Source of the DNA: Phycisphaerae bacterium | GTDB lineage: Bacteria > Planctomycetota > Phycisphaerae > UBA1845 | DNA: 64,000 nt | Assembly (NCBI GenBank): GCA_963666835.2 | Contig: CAXXGO010000006.1 | Span: 1,440,001 to 1,504,000 of the forward strand | Direction of reading: 5' to 3' | Part shown: piece after piece, positions 29,026-38,440 of the stretch | Position numbering within the stretch: the first letter of the stretch is position 1 | Layout: each line of letters begins with the position of its first letter | Notes under the pieces: generated by a model | Seen by the model: the letters and a program-made list of their open reading frames with translations, nothing else | What the model was told of the DNA's origin: nothing | Database searches by the model: none | Program-made: the position numbers and the translations under genes

Positions 29026-29345
29026 GACCGAGCCGGTGGTTCGTCACGTGTGGCGAGTTGATGTCATGGGGTCGCCTGCTTGTGGGGCGGGGCGATGATG
29101 GTACCCGCCGGTAATCAATGGCAGGTCTCGTTCCTCGACCGTGCCCTACCTGCTGCCAGTGAGCGCGAGCTGTAAGACCGGACCAGTGGTTCGTCACGTG
29201 TGGCGAGTTGATGTCATGGGGTCGCCTGCTTGTGGGACGGGGCAAAGATGGTACCCGCCGGTAATCAATGGCAGGTCTCGTTCCTCGACCGTGCCCTACC
29301 AAGCTGCCAGTGAGCGCGAGCTGTAAGACCGAGCCGGTGCTTCGT
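29002..29345. repeat. Tandem direct repeat (2 full units + 1 partial, period 150-151 bp) that copies the aroF 3' end; each full unit ends in a REP
   Basis: GCTGCCAGTGAGCGCGAGCTGTAAGACCG at 29002, 29152 and 29303; REPs at 29120-29149 and 29270-29299. Confidence 0.9.
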
Positions 29346-29423
29346 TACTCGTGACGGGCGGGTGGCACAGTGTGCTTTCACGCCGGGGACAAGCCCCGGC
29401 GCTGCGTTGATTCGCGGGCTACA

Positions 29424-30311
29424 TCAGAGTATGCCGTCCAACCCGAACGGGCCGCAGGCCACCGCCCGGCAGTACTTGCTGACGGACTCCACCCGGAGGC
29501 GGTACTTGGCGATCAGTCGCTGAGCCCAAAACGGCATGGTTCGATCGAGTTTGATTTCAAGAACGCTGGTAGCTGCGGTAAGGCTCACCGGCGCCGCTGG
29601 GACCGGGTCCAGCAAGCTCCGGGCACGCCCGGACGACAAGCGATCGTCCAACGTGATCCGCACCCGGTGATCGGTTCGCGCCGTAAACGCCTGCCGCCGG
29701 AACTGCACGTTGACCACGGGTACCATTCCGTACATCTGCTTGACGTGAAGAAACGCGTCCAGCTCCGACGAACGCCCCGCCCAGCGCGGGTCCGTCAGAT
29801 GGCGCGATTCGAGCATCGGTTGCATTCTCTCGTACTCTGCAAGTGGCACGATGGTGACATCTTTGCTGATCCGCAGACCCGAGCGACGTTTGACCTCGAC
29901 CTTGATCGGGGAGGCCGGCTTGCCGTTGGCCAGGTACGATCGGACGCGCAACTTACAGCGCTGGGACGTACCGGCCAGCTTCTCATAGAAGCAGACCCAA
30001 TCCGCAGAATCGAGATAGAGACTGCGCACGTCGTAGTAGCCGTCCGGCTCTGCGTGGCGATCCGGTTCGACGAACGCCCGCAGATCAGTCACTAACGGGG
30101 TGCGGACACTCCGCGGCACGAGGTATTTGAACTCGTATCGCCAAACACGCGGGGTCTTGCGGCGTTTTACCGGTTCTGGGGCGCCCCGGCGACGGAGCAA
30201 TGTAGATGGGGCAAGAGCAGGAACTGACCGGATTCGAGGCTCATCGGCCACCGGAGCTGCGGTTATCAGTGTGGAAGACAAAGCCGTCTCTCCAGATTGA
30301 CCGAGAACCAC
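29424..30311 (-). CDS. VTC-domain (polyphosphate polymerase-like) protein
   Basis: RYEFKYLV, VRSLYLDS, KLRVRSY, EVKRR, RITLD, VLEIK, SVSKYC. Start uncertain. Confidence 0.9.
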   Translation of the reverse strand: MVLGQSGETALSSTLITAAPVADEPRIRSVPALAPSTLLRRRGAPEPVKRRKTPRVWRYEFKYLVPRSVRTPLVTDLRAFVEPDRHAEPDGYYDVRSLYLDSADWVCFYEKLAGTSQRCKLRVRSYLANGKPASPIKVEVKRRSGLRISKDVTIVPLAEYERMQPMLESRHLTDPRWAGRSSELDAFLHVKQMYGMVPVVNVQFRRQAFTARTDHRVRITLDDRLSSGRARSLLDPVPAAPVSLTAATSVLEIKLDRTMPFWAQRLIAKYRLRVESVSKYCRAVACGPFGLDGIL

Positions 30312-30356
30312 CGGTACGGCGGGGCCGGCGACTTAGCACAGGCTTCAGGGACCTCG

Positions 30357-31028
30357 TCAGATCGCCAACTGGCTCTCCGGACTAATCAGCGATGGAGACG
30401 AAAGGCCGGCGATGGCCTTCAGTCGGTTTACTAACGTCTCCGGGCCGACAGCGGGACTCAAGCGTACGCGGTAGGTGTATTCGCAACCCTCGGAAGAACC
30501 TAAATCGGCGGCTCCGTGCAGTTTGCGCCACGAGAGCAGACTATCGAGCAACCGCCCGGTGTCCTCGTTATCCTCTCCGCGCTGTCGGAACACGAGGATG
30601 TACTCGCGAGGACCGGCGCCGCCGCGCGCGGCGTAGTGGACAGCAATCACGACGGTACACACGAAAATCGTCCCGAGAATCGCGAGGGCATACCCCCCCG
30701 AACCACAGCACAAACCGATCCCGATCATCAGGAACAGGTAGGCCATGTCGCGGGTGTCTTTGATTACCGTGCGGAACCGGATTATCGACAACGCCCCTAC
30801 CAGCCCTAGTGAGAGGGCAATGTTGCTTCCGATGGCCATCATAATCATGGCCACCGTAACCGGCGTCACCAACAGGGTCATGAAGAACGAGAAGGAGTAT
30901 GACGGACCGGTGTACAGCTTGCGGTAGACCGTGGCCGACAGATACGCCAACGCGAACGCCAGACAGAGATTCAGAGCAATCTGCCCGAGCGTGAAGTTGA
31001 TGTACTGAGGCGTGAAGCCGGTGGGCAT
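30357..31028 (-). CDS. DUF4956 family membrane protein
   Basis: IGSNIALSLGLVGALSIIRFRTVIKDTRDMAYLF; start MPTGF after GGGAG. Confidence 0.9.
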   Translation of the reverse strand: MPTGFTPQYINFTLGQIALNLCLAFALAYLSATVYRKLYTGPSYSFSFFMTLLVTPVTVAMIMMAIGSNIALSLGLVGALSIIRFRTVIKDTRDMAYLFLMIGIGLCCGSGGYALAILGTIFVCTVVIAVHYAARGGAGPREYILVFRQRGEDNEDTGRLLDSLLSWRKLHGAADLGSSEGCEYTYRVRLSPAVGPETLVNRLKAIAGLSSPSLISPESQLAI

Positions 31029-31493
31029 CGCAAAACAACTCCCGGAGGCACTAACTAAAGTACGAATCAACCAAGACGGCCGTTGGGCCTTCTTACTCCT
31101 GAGATTATCGGAGACCTCGATCGGCTAGTTGAGGTAGGTCCTATTAACGCGCCCTGTTGCGTGACACCCGGCTCTTGCCGGCGATACCCCGGGATCGAGA
31201 GGACTCCCTGCGGCGAAGGTAGGTCGGCCCGAAGCTAACGCCGCCAGACTTCAGCAAGGTGAATCGTCCGCCCGGCGGACGGCCCCGGCCGCTCACAACT
31301 CGTGACATTTGTGACATTTTTCTGACACTTGGTGGGACTGGATTCTCCGCAACTTGCGTCGTAAGATGCCCGGGTCGCCAAGTCTCTCCCTACCGGATGG
31401 CAACCGTTTGTTGTGGTCGACGAAGGGGCTTCGAATCGGGCCCCGCGTCGAATCCGCGCGGGAACGAGGCAAGGCGGCGAAACGCGGGAACCT

Positions 31494-32888
31494 ATGGCAA
31501 CTGCAACGGGACAACCTGTGTCGGACGACGGGCGGCACGAACGCCGAGCCGAGCTGCTCGGTGTGGTTACGATGGCCATTCCTGTGGTGATAACCACAAG
31601 CTCGCGCGCACTCATGGATGTCGCGGACTATGTGATGATCGCCCAGTTGGGGCTGAGTGAAGCTCAAGCCGCTATCCTGCCCGCCCAGATGATTATGTGG
31701 GTCTATATCATCCTGGGCATGGGCGTTGTGTCGCTGGTTAGCTCTTTCGCGTCACAATCACTTGGGCGCCAGCAATATCGTGAGTGCAGCACCTATGCTT
31801 GGCAGGGGCTGTACTTGGCCGCAGCCATCGGAATCACCGCCGCGGTCTTGCGTCCTCTTCTGCCGGGGCTCATCGGCCTGATCGGCCATGAACCGGCCGT
31901 GCAGGAACTGGAGCTGGCCTATTCTCGTGTGGCGCTATTCACGGCCGGTCCCACTGTGGCGGCGAACGCCCTCGGCTGGTTCTTCGTCGGAATCCACCGT
32001 CCTTGGGTGACCATGTGGTCGGTCCTCGAGGCCAACGTCGTCAACATCGCCGTGAGCCTCGTTTTGATATTCGGCTTCTTCGGCGTTCCGGCCATGGGAA
32101 TCGTCGGAGCCGCCTGGGGTACGTTTGCGGGGGTGTCCTATCGCACGGTCCGCCTGACGTGTATTCTGGTGACGCCGTCGATGGAGCAGACTTACGGTTC
32201 GCGGCAAACTTGGCGGCCGTCGGCGAAAAAACTCCGCCAACTGCTCCGCGCCGGGTTGCCCTGCGGTCTGCACTGGGTCTCTGAAGTCCTGGCGTGGTCG
32301 ATCTTTGTGACGGTTCTGGTTGGAACGAAGTTCGGCACGCCTCACCTCGTGGCTACCAACACCGCCTGGCAGTATCTGCGAATCTCGTTCATGCCGGCGA
32401 TGGGCGTGGGGCAGGCGTTGACGGCCCTGGTCGGCAAATCGATCGGGGCCGGCGACCCGCAGCGGGCCATTCGTGAGACCCGGATTGCCGTGTCGATTAC
32501 GGGGGTGTATATGATTTCCCTGGCGTTCGTTTACGGAGTGTTCCGCCACGAGTTGATCATGATCTTCAACACGGACCCGGCCGTGGTGGAAATCGGTGGC
32601 AAGCTGATGATCTGCGCCGCGGTGTTCCAGATGTTCGACGCGCTGGGCATCACCTATAGCTCGGCTTTGCGCGGTGCCGGAGACACTCTCATCCCCTCCG
32701 TCTTCTTCGTGGTCAATAGCTGGCTCATCATCGTGGGTGGCGGGTGGCTGGCCACGAAGCTCTTTCCGGAACTGGGCAGCCTGGGGCCGTGGCTGGCTGC
32801 GGCGAGCTTCATCGTTATCGCGGGTATCTTCCTGTGGCTGCGGTGGCGCGGCGGGGCGTGGATGAAGATCGACCTGCTGAGTACTTAG
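31494..32888 (+). CDS. MATE family efflux transporter
   Basis: About 12 TMs; MGIVGAAWGT, LVGKSIGAGD, VFQMFDA...ALRGAGDT. Confidence 0.9.
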   Translation: MATATGQPVSDDGRHERRAELLGVVTMAIPVVITTSSRALMDVADYVMIAQLGLSEAQAAILPAQMIMWVYIILGMGVVSLVSSFASQSLGRQQYRECSTYAWQGLYLAAAIGITAAVLRPLLPGLIGLIGHEPAVQELELAYSRVALFTAGPTVAANALGWFFVGIHRPWVTMWSVLEANVVNIAVSLVLIFGFFGVPAMGIVGAAWGTFAGVSYRTVRLTCILVTPSMEQTYGSRQTWRPSAKKLRQLLRAGLPCGLHWVSEVLAWSIFVTVLVGTKFGTPHLVATNTAWQYLRISFMPAMGVGQALTALVGKSIGAGDPQRAIRETRIAVSITGVYMISLAFVYGVFRHELIMIFNTDPAVVEIGGKLMICAAVFQMFDALGITYSSALRGAGDTLIPSVFFVVNSWLIIVGGGWLATKLFPELGSLGPWLAAASFIVIAGIFLWLRWRGGAWMKIDLLST

Positions 32889-33670
32889 CGCCGGTTCCAG
32901 AGAGGTGGTGGGTGCAGATTCGCGTCACTCCACCGTTCTGCGAGCAGCGTTTCACTCGTCGAACTGCGGGCACTTCACGTACCGCAGTGGCACAGGCGAG
33001 ACTACCAACACGTTCAAAAAACCGGTACCGGTTCCGTTTCCCGAGAGCCGCGCCCCACCTCAGGTACTGCTGGAGATTTTTCTTGTCCTCGACGATCCGA
33101 ACCGCTACGATTGTATATGAGCCTGCGTTTTTCGGCCGTTGCCGAGAGACAGCGGGGCTCACCGACCTGATCACCAGGAGCCGGCGGAAGTTCGGAAGGA
33201 AGGGACATGCCCGCGGCATTGTTTTGCAGGAGTCGTCGGGCATCTTGCTGAACGAAGTTGGCCTTCAGAACATGGTGGAGGTTTGGTCTGGCAAAGGGCA
33301 GGGGCATTTCAAACGGCGCCCCGGATCAATGGCTGAGTGGTGCAGATTATCCGTAAGAACCCGAGTGCCGTGGCTGGATACTGTCCGCAACGTACTTGGG
33401 TAACCTCAGAGAGGGGCGGGCTCCGCACCCGCCCCTCTCCTTAATTAGCAGGTTGTGGCGCCGGCGGACTGCCACGTCTTCCACCGGTGCGCGTAATCTG
33501 ATCGCAGAGTGGGCCGGGGAGTGCCCCGGCAATCGTAGCGTCGTGTTTTTCGCCCGGCGTAGCGTTTGGGCCGGCACCTCTTTGGCAAAGTACGTGCAGC
33601 GCCCCGTGCACTTTGGGCGGCGAGTGCCAAATGGAATGACATGCATCTGTTTTTTTGGAGGTCAAGGACG

Positions 33671-36310
33671 ATGAAAAAACGACAAGTCCGCGTAAAGCCG
33701 GCAGTCGCGAGAATGGTGTTTGTAGCGGTTGCGGTGTTCTGTTGGGACAGCCAAGGCGCATCGAGTGATCCCGAGGGAGTTGCCCCACTTTCTGAACAAG
33801 GCGAGGCAATCCCCTGCGCATCTTGGCCAACCGGAGCCGACGTTCGAAACGGCGCCTGCGGGCGCACCGTGGGGGCTTGCTGCGCCGCCGACGGCAGTTG
33901 CACACCGGATCTGTCACCCCAGGACTGTGACACCACCGGTGGCGCGTTCCTCGGTGTCGGCACCACGTGCGCGCCAAACTGCTGCCCGCCGCCGGAGACG
34001 GAAACGGGGGCGGACGCAGCTTGCGACATCTACGCGTGCCACGACGGAACCGACTGGGTCGCCCCCTACGATCTGTGCGGGGCGAGCGATCCGGGCGATC
34101 CAGACTGTGACGTCAGCGCCGGCGAGACTTGCCTGCTCCGCGCAACCGGTCCGACTGAGTATGCCATCGATATACCAACATACGGCGACCCCCCGAACGT
34201 AATCACGTTCATGGGAGACAGTAGCGGTCACGAGCCGTACTTCACTTCTGAAGACGGCGACGACTGCAACCTCGGGAGCGCTGCCGACCCCGGCTGGTAC
34301 GAGAGCTTCGTCGTTACGAACAATGACGGCCCGGAGTACGATTGCGCGGTCGTCACGTTGGATTTATGCTGCACCGATCCGATTCATATTCCGGCCTACA
34401 TCGTGATGAAGGACTGCTGCCCGTGTCCGGGTGGAAGTTGCTGGGTCGAGCTCGATCGACGCGCCGACGGCAGTGCCAAGTATGGCTGGGGGCCGGACTG
34501 CGAAGTGGAGGTCGACGGCGTGGAATACTGCTGCCAGGAGGGCAACTTTGTCGGCCAGTTCATGGTCAGGTCGGGCCGCCATTCCTGGCAGATTGCGACT
34601 GGTCGGATCTGCGAGGGCACGATGCACGGTTGCGAGACCGATGACGACTGTGATCCGGGCGTGTCGTGCGTAGACGTAGCGGGGCCGTACACCGGTCACA
34701 TCACCGTCGAAGCCTGTCCGCGGGCGGCCTGCTGCTTGAACGCATGCAGCGACTCGGCTTCGCCGAACCTGGTACCTTGCTGGGACGACAGTGATTGCCC
34801 GGGTGCCGGGGCTACCTGCAATACTACATGCGAGGTTCGCACGCGGTTGACCTGCGATCTAGACCACGGGCAATTCCTGAAGTTCGAAAGCGGTACCGAA
34901 GAGACGTGCTCACCGAACCCGTGTGTTTGGGGCGTTTGCCTGTTTCCTGATGGAGTTTGCGATGATTCGGTCGCTTTTGACACTGAGGTTGAGTGCGAGG
35001 CGTTCGGGGGTGTGTTTTACGGAGGGATAACCTGTGATCTCGTGCCCTTCGGATGCCCGTTCGAGAGCAGCAGCACCTGCAAGGAGGAATGTCCGGACAG
35101 CGAGATTGTCATGAGCGACTTGGCCAACGAGATCCGGATCGCGGACGACTTCCGCCCGGCCGGCACTCAGATAGGTGAAATCTGCTGGACGGCGGGATAC
35201 TACGGCGGCAACGATGAGGTGGGCGAGTTTGAGTGTTCGAGCAACCCGCCCTGGGGCGCCTGGGTCGTGCGTTTCTATCAGGATAACGCTGGTCTACCGG
35301 GCACAGAGGTCGGACCGGCCGGGGGCCAGGAAGTCATTATTCTGGCGTCGAACCATCACGGCGGTACAAGCCGCCTGTGGGATTATCACGCGATTCTTCC
35401 CAGTGCGGTGGACGTCAATCCGGGCGACTGCTATTGGATGGAGCTTACCGGCAACGGTGAAGGCCCGGATGGCTGCCATACATACTTGTCCACCGCCATC
35501 GAGGGCAACGACTACAGTATGTGGGACAACCTCGAGTACGGATCCTACGGCCCTGAAGACGCGAACAATGTGGACATCGTCTTCTGTTTGGACACGGGGC
35601 TCTCTGGCACCACTGATTGTGACGATGTTGTGGCAGCTTGCTGCACTTGTCCGGGTTGCACGCCGGATTTGACCGAATCGGAATGCGTTAGCGATCTGGC
35701 CGGCGTCTGGCGGTTGGGGCACACTTGCGCGACCGCAGCCTGTCCCGACGTCGCTCCGCACAACGACGACTGTGAGAATGCCGAGATCGTTGCGGGAATG
35801 GACAGTTGGCGCTGCCGCGGCGGCCTCAACGACGGCGACCCGTGCGATATCGCTAATTGTCACAGCGACTGCCCGGATGACGGCGACGACATAGGTCGGT
35901 GTATTGGTTATCGCATCATCACATTTGACAACGTCTGCGCGGCACGAGAGAACGAGCCGCCCACAAGTTGCGGGGGAGTGGGCGATCTGCATTACGACGT
36001 CTGGTACCGGTTCACCCCGCAGATAAGCGGCGTGTTGACGGTTTCGTTGTGCCCATCCGATGTGAGCGACGGAGCGCTGTGGGATACCATGATAGCGGTC
36101 TATGATACGGTCACATGTCCGGTGACGGCCGGTGACGAGATCAAATGTGGCGACGATGAATGCGACTTCGCCGGCCCATCGGAGATTACGCCTACGACAG
36201 TCTACGCGGGCCTGGAGTACCTGATTCGCATCGGAGGTTGGTCATCGCCGGCAACCTACGGAAACCCGCGCGGTTGGGGTGAGGTGGAGTTCTCCTTTGC
36301 GGATGGGTGA
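33671..36310 (+). CDS. Large secreted Cys/Asp-rich repeat protein, N-terminal part (ends at an in-frame TGA)
   Basis: SD GGAGG/AAGGA and signal peptide; GACC...C...GG.F.G.GT.C repeats; IADDF module; NDDCENA...DVWYRFT...DTMIAVYD...YLIRIGG module. Confidence 0.8.
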   Translation: MKKRQVRVKPAVARMVFVAVAVFCWDSQGASSDPEGVAPLSEQGEAIPCASWPTGADVRNGACGRTVGACCAADGSCTPDLSPQDCDTTGGAFLGVGTTCAPNCCPPPETETGADAACDIYACHDGTDWVAPYDLCGASDPGDPDCDVSAGETCLLRATGPTEYAIDIPTYGDPPNVITFMGDSSGHEPYFTSEDGDDCNLGSAADPGWYESFVVTNNDGPEYDCAVVTLDLCCTDPIHIPAYIVMKDCCPCPGGSCWVELDRRADGSAKYGWGPDCEVEVDGVEYCCQEGNFVGQFMVRSGRHSWQIATGRICEGTMHGCETDDDCDPGVSCVDVAGPYTGHITVEACPRAACCLNACSDSASPNLVPCWDDSDCPGAGATCNTTCEVRTRLTCDLDHGQFLKFESGTEETCSPNPCVWGVCLFPDGVCDDSVAFDTEVECEAFGGVFYGGITCDLVPFGCPFESSSTCKEECPDSEIVMSDLANEIRIADDFRPAGTQIGEICWTAGYYGGNDEVGEFECSSNPPWGAWVVRFYQDNAGLPGTEVGPAGGQEVIILASNHHGGTSRLWDYHAILPSAVDVNPGDCYWMELTGNGEGPDGCHTYLSTAIEGNDYSMWDNLEYGSYGPEDANNVDIVFCLDTGLSGTTDCDDVVAACCTCPGCTPDLTESECVSDLAGVWRLGHTCATAACPDVAPHNDDCENAEIVAGMDSWRCRGGLNDGDPCDIANCHSDCPDDGDDIGRCIGYRIITFDNVCAARENEPPTSCGGVGDLHYDVWYRFTPQISGVLTVSLCPSDVSDGALWDTMIAVYDTVTCPVTAGDEIKCGDDECDFAGPSEITPTTVYAGLEYLIRIGGWSSPATYGNPRGWGEVEFSFADG

Positions 36311-36922
36311 ATGTGTCACAGTCCGCCGGTCTTGGCGGATGCCCCTGAGGATGGCCCGAAGAATCGCTACCTCTCGATCATGGCGGATAATGACGGTATG
36401 CCAACAGCGCTGCTCGTCGAAGTGGCATCCAGCGAGTACTTCCCGGATTCGGTCGGAGAAGTCAAGTATGTTGGCCCGGTCACGGCTGGCGGCTACTATC
36501 CGCTGATCTCCACGCCGTTGGCCCAAGTCTTGCCAGAAGATCCGCTGCATATCTTCGACTGCATGATCCACCCGGCCGCGACCTTCGAAGTCCGGGCCGG
36601 TGATGGTATTAGTAGCTGGTCGCCTCCGCTCGTGATTGCGACGAGTCCCAGACCCGGTCTTAAGAAGTGGGGCGACTGTGTCGGGGCCTTTACCGGTACC
36701 TGGCAACACCCGGAAGGCAACGTGAGTATCGTCGACCTGATGGCTGCGTTGCAGGCATTCAGCAGGGCGCCAACGGCTCCACCGGATCACTGGGTGGACG
36801 TCCACGATGAGGGCCCGAACAACATCGTGACGATGTCGGACGTCCTGTTGATTGTGAACGCGTTCATGGGCAACGATTACCCGTACGATCCGGGTACCGC
36901 GGCGATGCCATGCACTGATTGA
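36311..36922 (+). CDS. In-frame continuation: PKNRY / WGDCVG / dockerin-like C-terminal module
   Basis: Same frame as the previous ORF, ATG immediately after TGA, no signal peptide; VSIVDLMAALQAF...VTMSDVLLIVNAF duplicated motif. Confidence 0.7.
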   Translation: MCHSPPVLADAPEDGPKNRYLSIMADNDGMPTALLVEVASSEYFPDSVGEVKYVGPVTAGGYYPLISTPLAQVLPEDPLHIFDCMIHPAATFEVRAGDGISSWSPPLVIATSPRPGLKKWGDCVGAFTGTWQHPEGNVSIVDLMAALQAFSRAPTAPPDHWVDVHDEGPNNIVTMSDVLLIVNAFMGNDYPYDPGTAAMPCTD

Positions 36923-37066
36923 TGTGATCAACTGAAGATCTCCCTACCGGGACGGGTGATCGCACCCGCCCCGGTTCCCTTCAATACCCGGTTGCGGTAA
37001 TCTGACAGTAACGTCGCCCGGCCTCGAAGGTCGGGCGGGGCGAGAGGCAGATTCGGGAGGACGAGT

Positions 37067-38440
37067 ATGTCCAGGACCCCGCGGTATGTTGCCGAGGGCA
37101 TCCGCCATGCAACGATTAATGGGCATCGGTTTCACCTTCGGCTCACCGATCCGACCCAAGAGAACTTCCTTTGGATCGACGGCCGGTCCCCGCCGCTGGT
37201 ACTCGACCAAGTGGCCGCGGAGTTCGTCGGATACCTCATCGATTCGATGTGGAAGTACCAGCAGGGGGCCGGGGATGAAAGCGACAAGGTCCGCGACGAA
37301 GTGGTCGAACGCATGTTCGAGCAGTACGGCCGGGCCTGGGCATTTGGCCGACAGCGCGTAACCCGCCAACGCATCCGGGCCGATTTGGACCGGATCTTCG
37401 GGACGTTAATGGTCGCGGCCGGTGGCGGCTGCCCGTTCGAGACGGGGCTCAAGACTCAGGAGATTCATCAGGAGGACTGGTCAGCCCCTGCGCGCATGGA
37501 CTTGGCAATCACCTATCGCTGCAACCTCAACTGTTCGCACTGCTACACCGGCGGCCCGCAGGAGACCGAGGAGCTTTCGCTGGATGATTGGAAGCGGGTT
37601 TTGGAGAAGCTCTGGCAGATCGGTATCCCGCAGCTCGTGTTTACCGGCGGGGAGCCCACCCTGCGCGAAGATCTCGTGTCTCTGATCGCCGAGGCCGACG
37701 AATTTGTCACCGGGTTGGTAACTAACGGGACGCGGTTGGCCGAGCTGGCCGAGCCGCTCCACGAGGCCAGCCTCGATTATGCCCAGGTCACCTTGGAGGC
37801 ACACGAGCCGGAGAAACACAATCGAATGGTCGCGGCCGGTGACGAGGACGCGTTTGCCCAGACGGTAGCCGGCATTCGCAAAGCCCTTGAAATCGGGATG
37901 GAAGTAGCGACTAACACGACACTCACCAGTGAGAATGCCGCTGGGTTCGAGGAGCTGTTGCGGTTTGGCAGGGACCTCGGCCTGGCTAACATGGCCTGCA
38001 ACTCGTTGATCTGCAGCGGCCGGGGTACCGCGGCCAAGCGTGACGACAGTCTGACCCCTAAAGACCTGAAAGGCATCTTGACTGCCGCGAACCGTACGGC
38101 GCAAGAGCTGGGCATCAACCTGCAATGGTACACGCCGACGTGCTACCATGAGTTGAATCCGTTGGAGCTGGGCTTCGGTCCTAAAAGCTGCTCGGCCGCG
38201 GCCCACAACATGACCATTCAACCGGACGGCACGGTTCTGCCCTGTCAAAGCTGGCCGGAGGCAGTGGGACGTATTCTGGAGGACGACTGGGGGAGCATCT
38301 GGGAGCACCCAGTGTGTCAGAAGCTCCGCCATCACGGCTTCGGCAAAGATCGCGCCGAATGTGCGGAGTGCGATCTGCTGGCGTTGTGCGGGGGCGGCTG
38401 TCCCCTGGAACACGGACAGATTCGCAAGGAGGGACCATGA
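37067..38440 (+). CDS. Radical SAM/SPASM protein with N-terminal PqqD/RRE-like domain
   Basis: CNLNCSHC, FTGGEPTL, TNG; SPASM CSAA...PDGTVLPC...CAECDLLALCGGGCP; N-terminal LVLDQVAAEF...VVERMFEQYG...IRADLDRIF; SD GGGAGG. Confidence 0.92.
   Translation: MSRTPRYVAEGIRHATINGHRFHLRLTDPTQENFLWIDGRSPPLVLDQVAAEFVGYLIDSMWKYQQGAGDESDKVRDEVVERMFEQYGRAWAFGRQRVTRQRIRADLDRIFGTLMVAAGGGCPFETGLKTQEIHQEDWSAPARMDLAITYRCNLNCSHCYTGGPQETEELSLDDWKRVLEKLWQIGIPQLVFTGGEPTLREDLVSLIAEADEFVTGLVTNGTRLAELAEPLHEASLDYAQVTLEAHEPEKHNRMVAAGDEDAFAQTVAGIRKALEIGMEVATNTTLTSENAAGFEELLRFGRDLGLANMACNSLICSGRGTAAKRDDSLTPKDLKGILTAANRTAQELGINLQWYTPTCYHELNPLELGFGPKSCSAAAHNMTIQPDGTVLPCQSWPEAVGRILEDDWGSIWEHPVCQKLRHHGFGKDRAECAECDLLALCGGGCPLEHGQIRKEGP

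Noticed and set aside
33355..33440. Group II intron domain V/VI remnant
   Set aside because: No AGC/CGC triad in the right place and no GNRA loop; kept only as a generic structured region.
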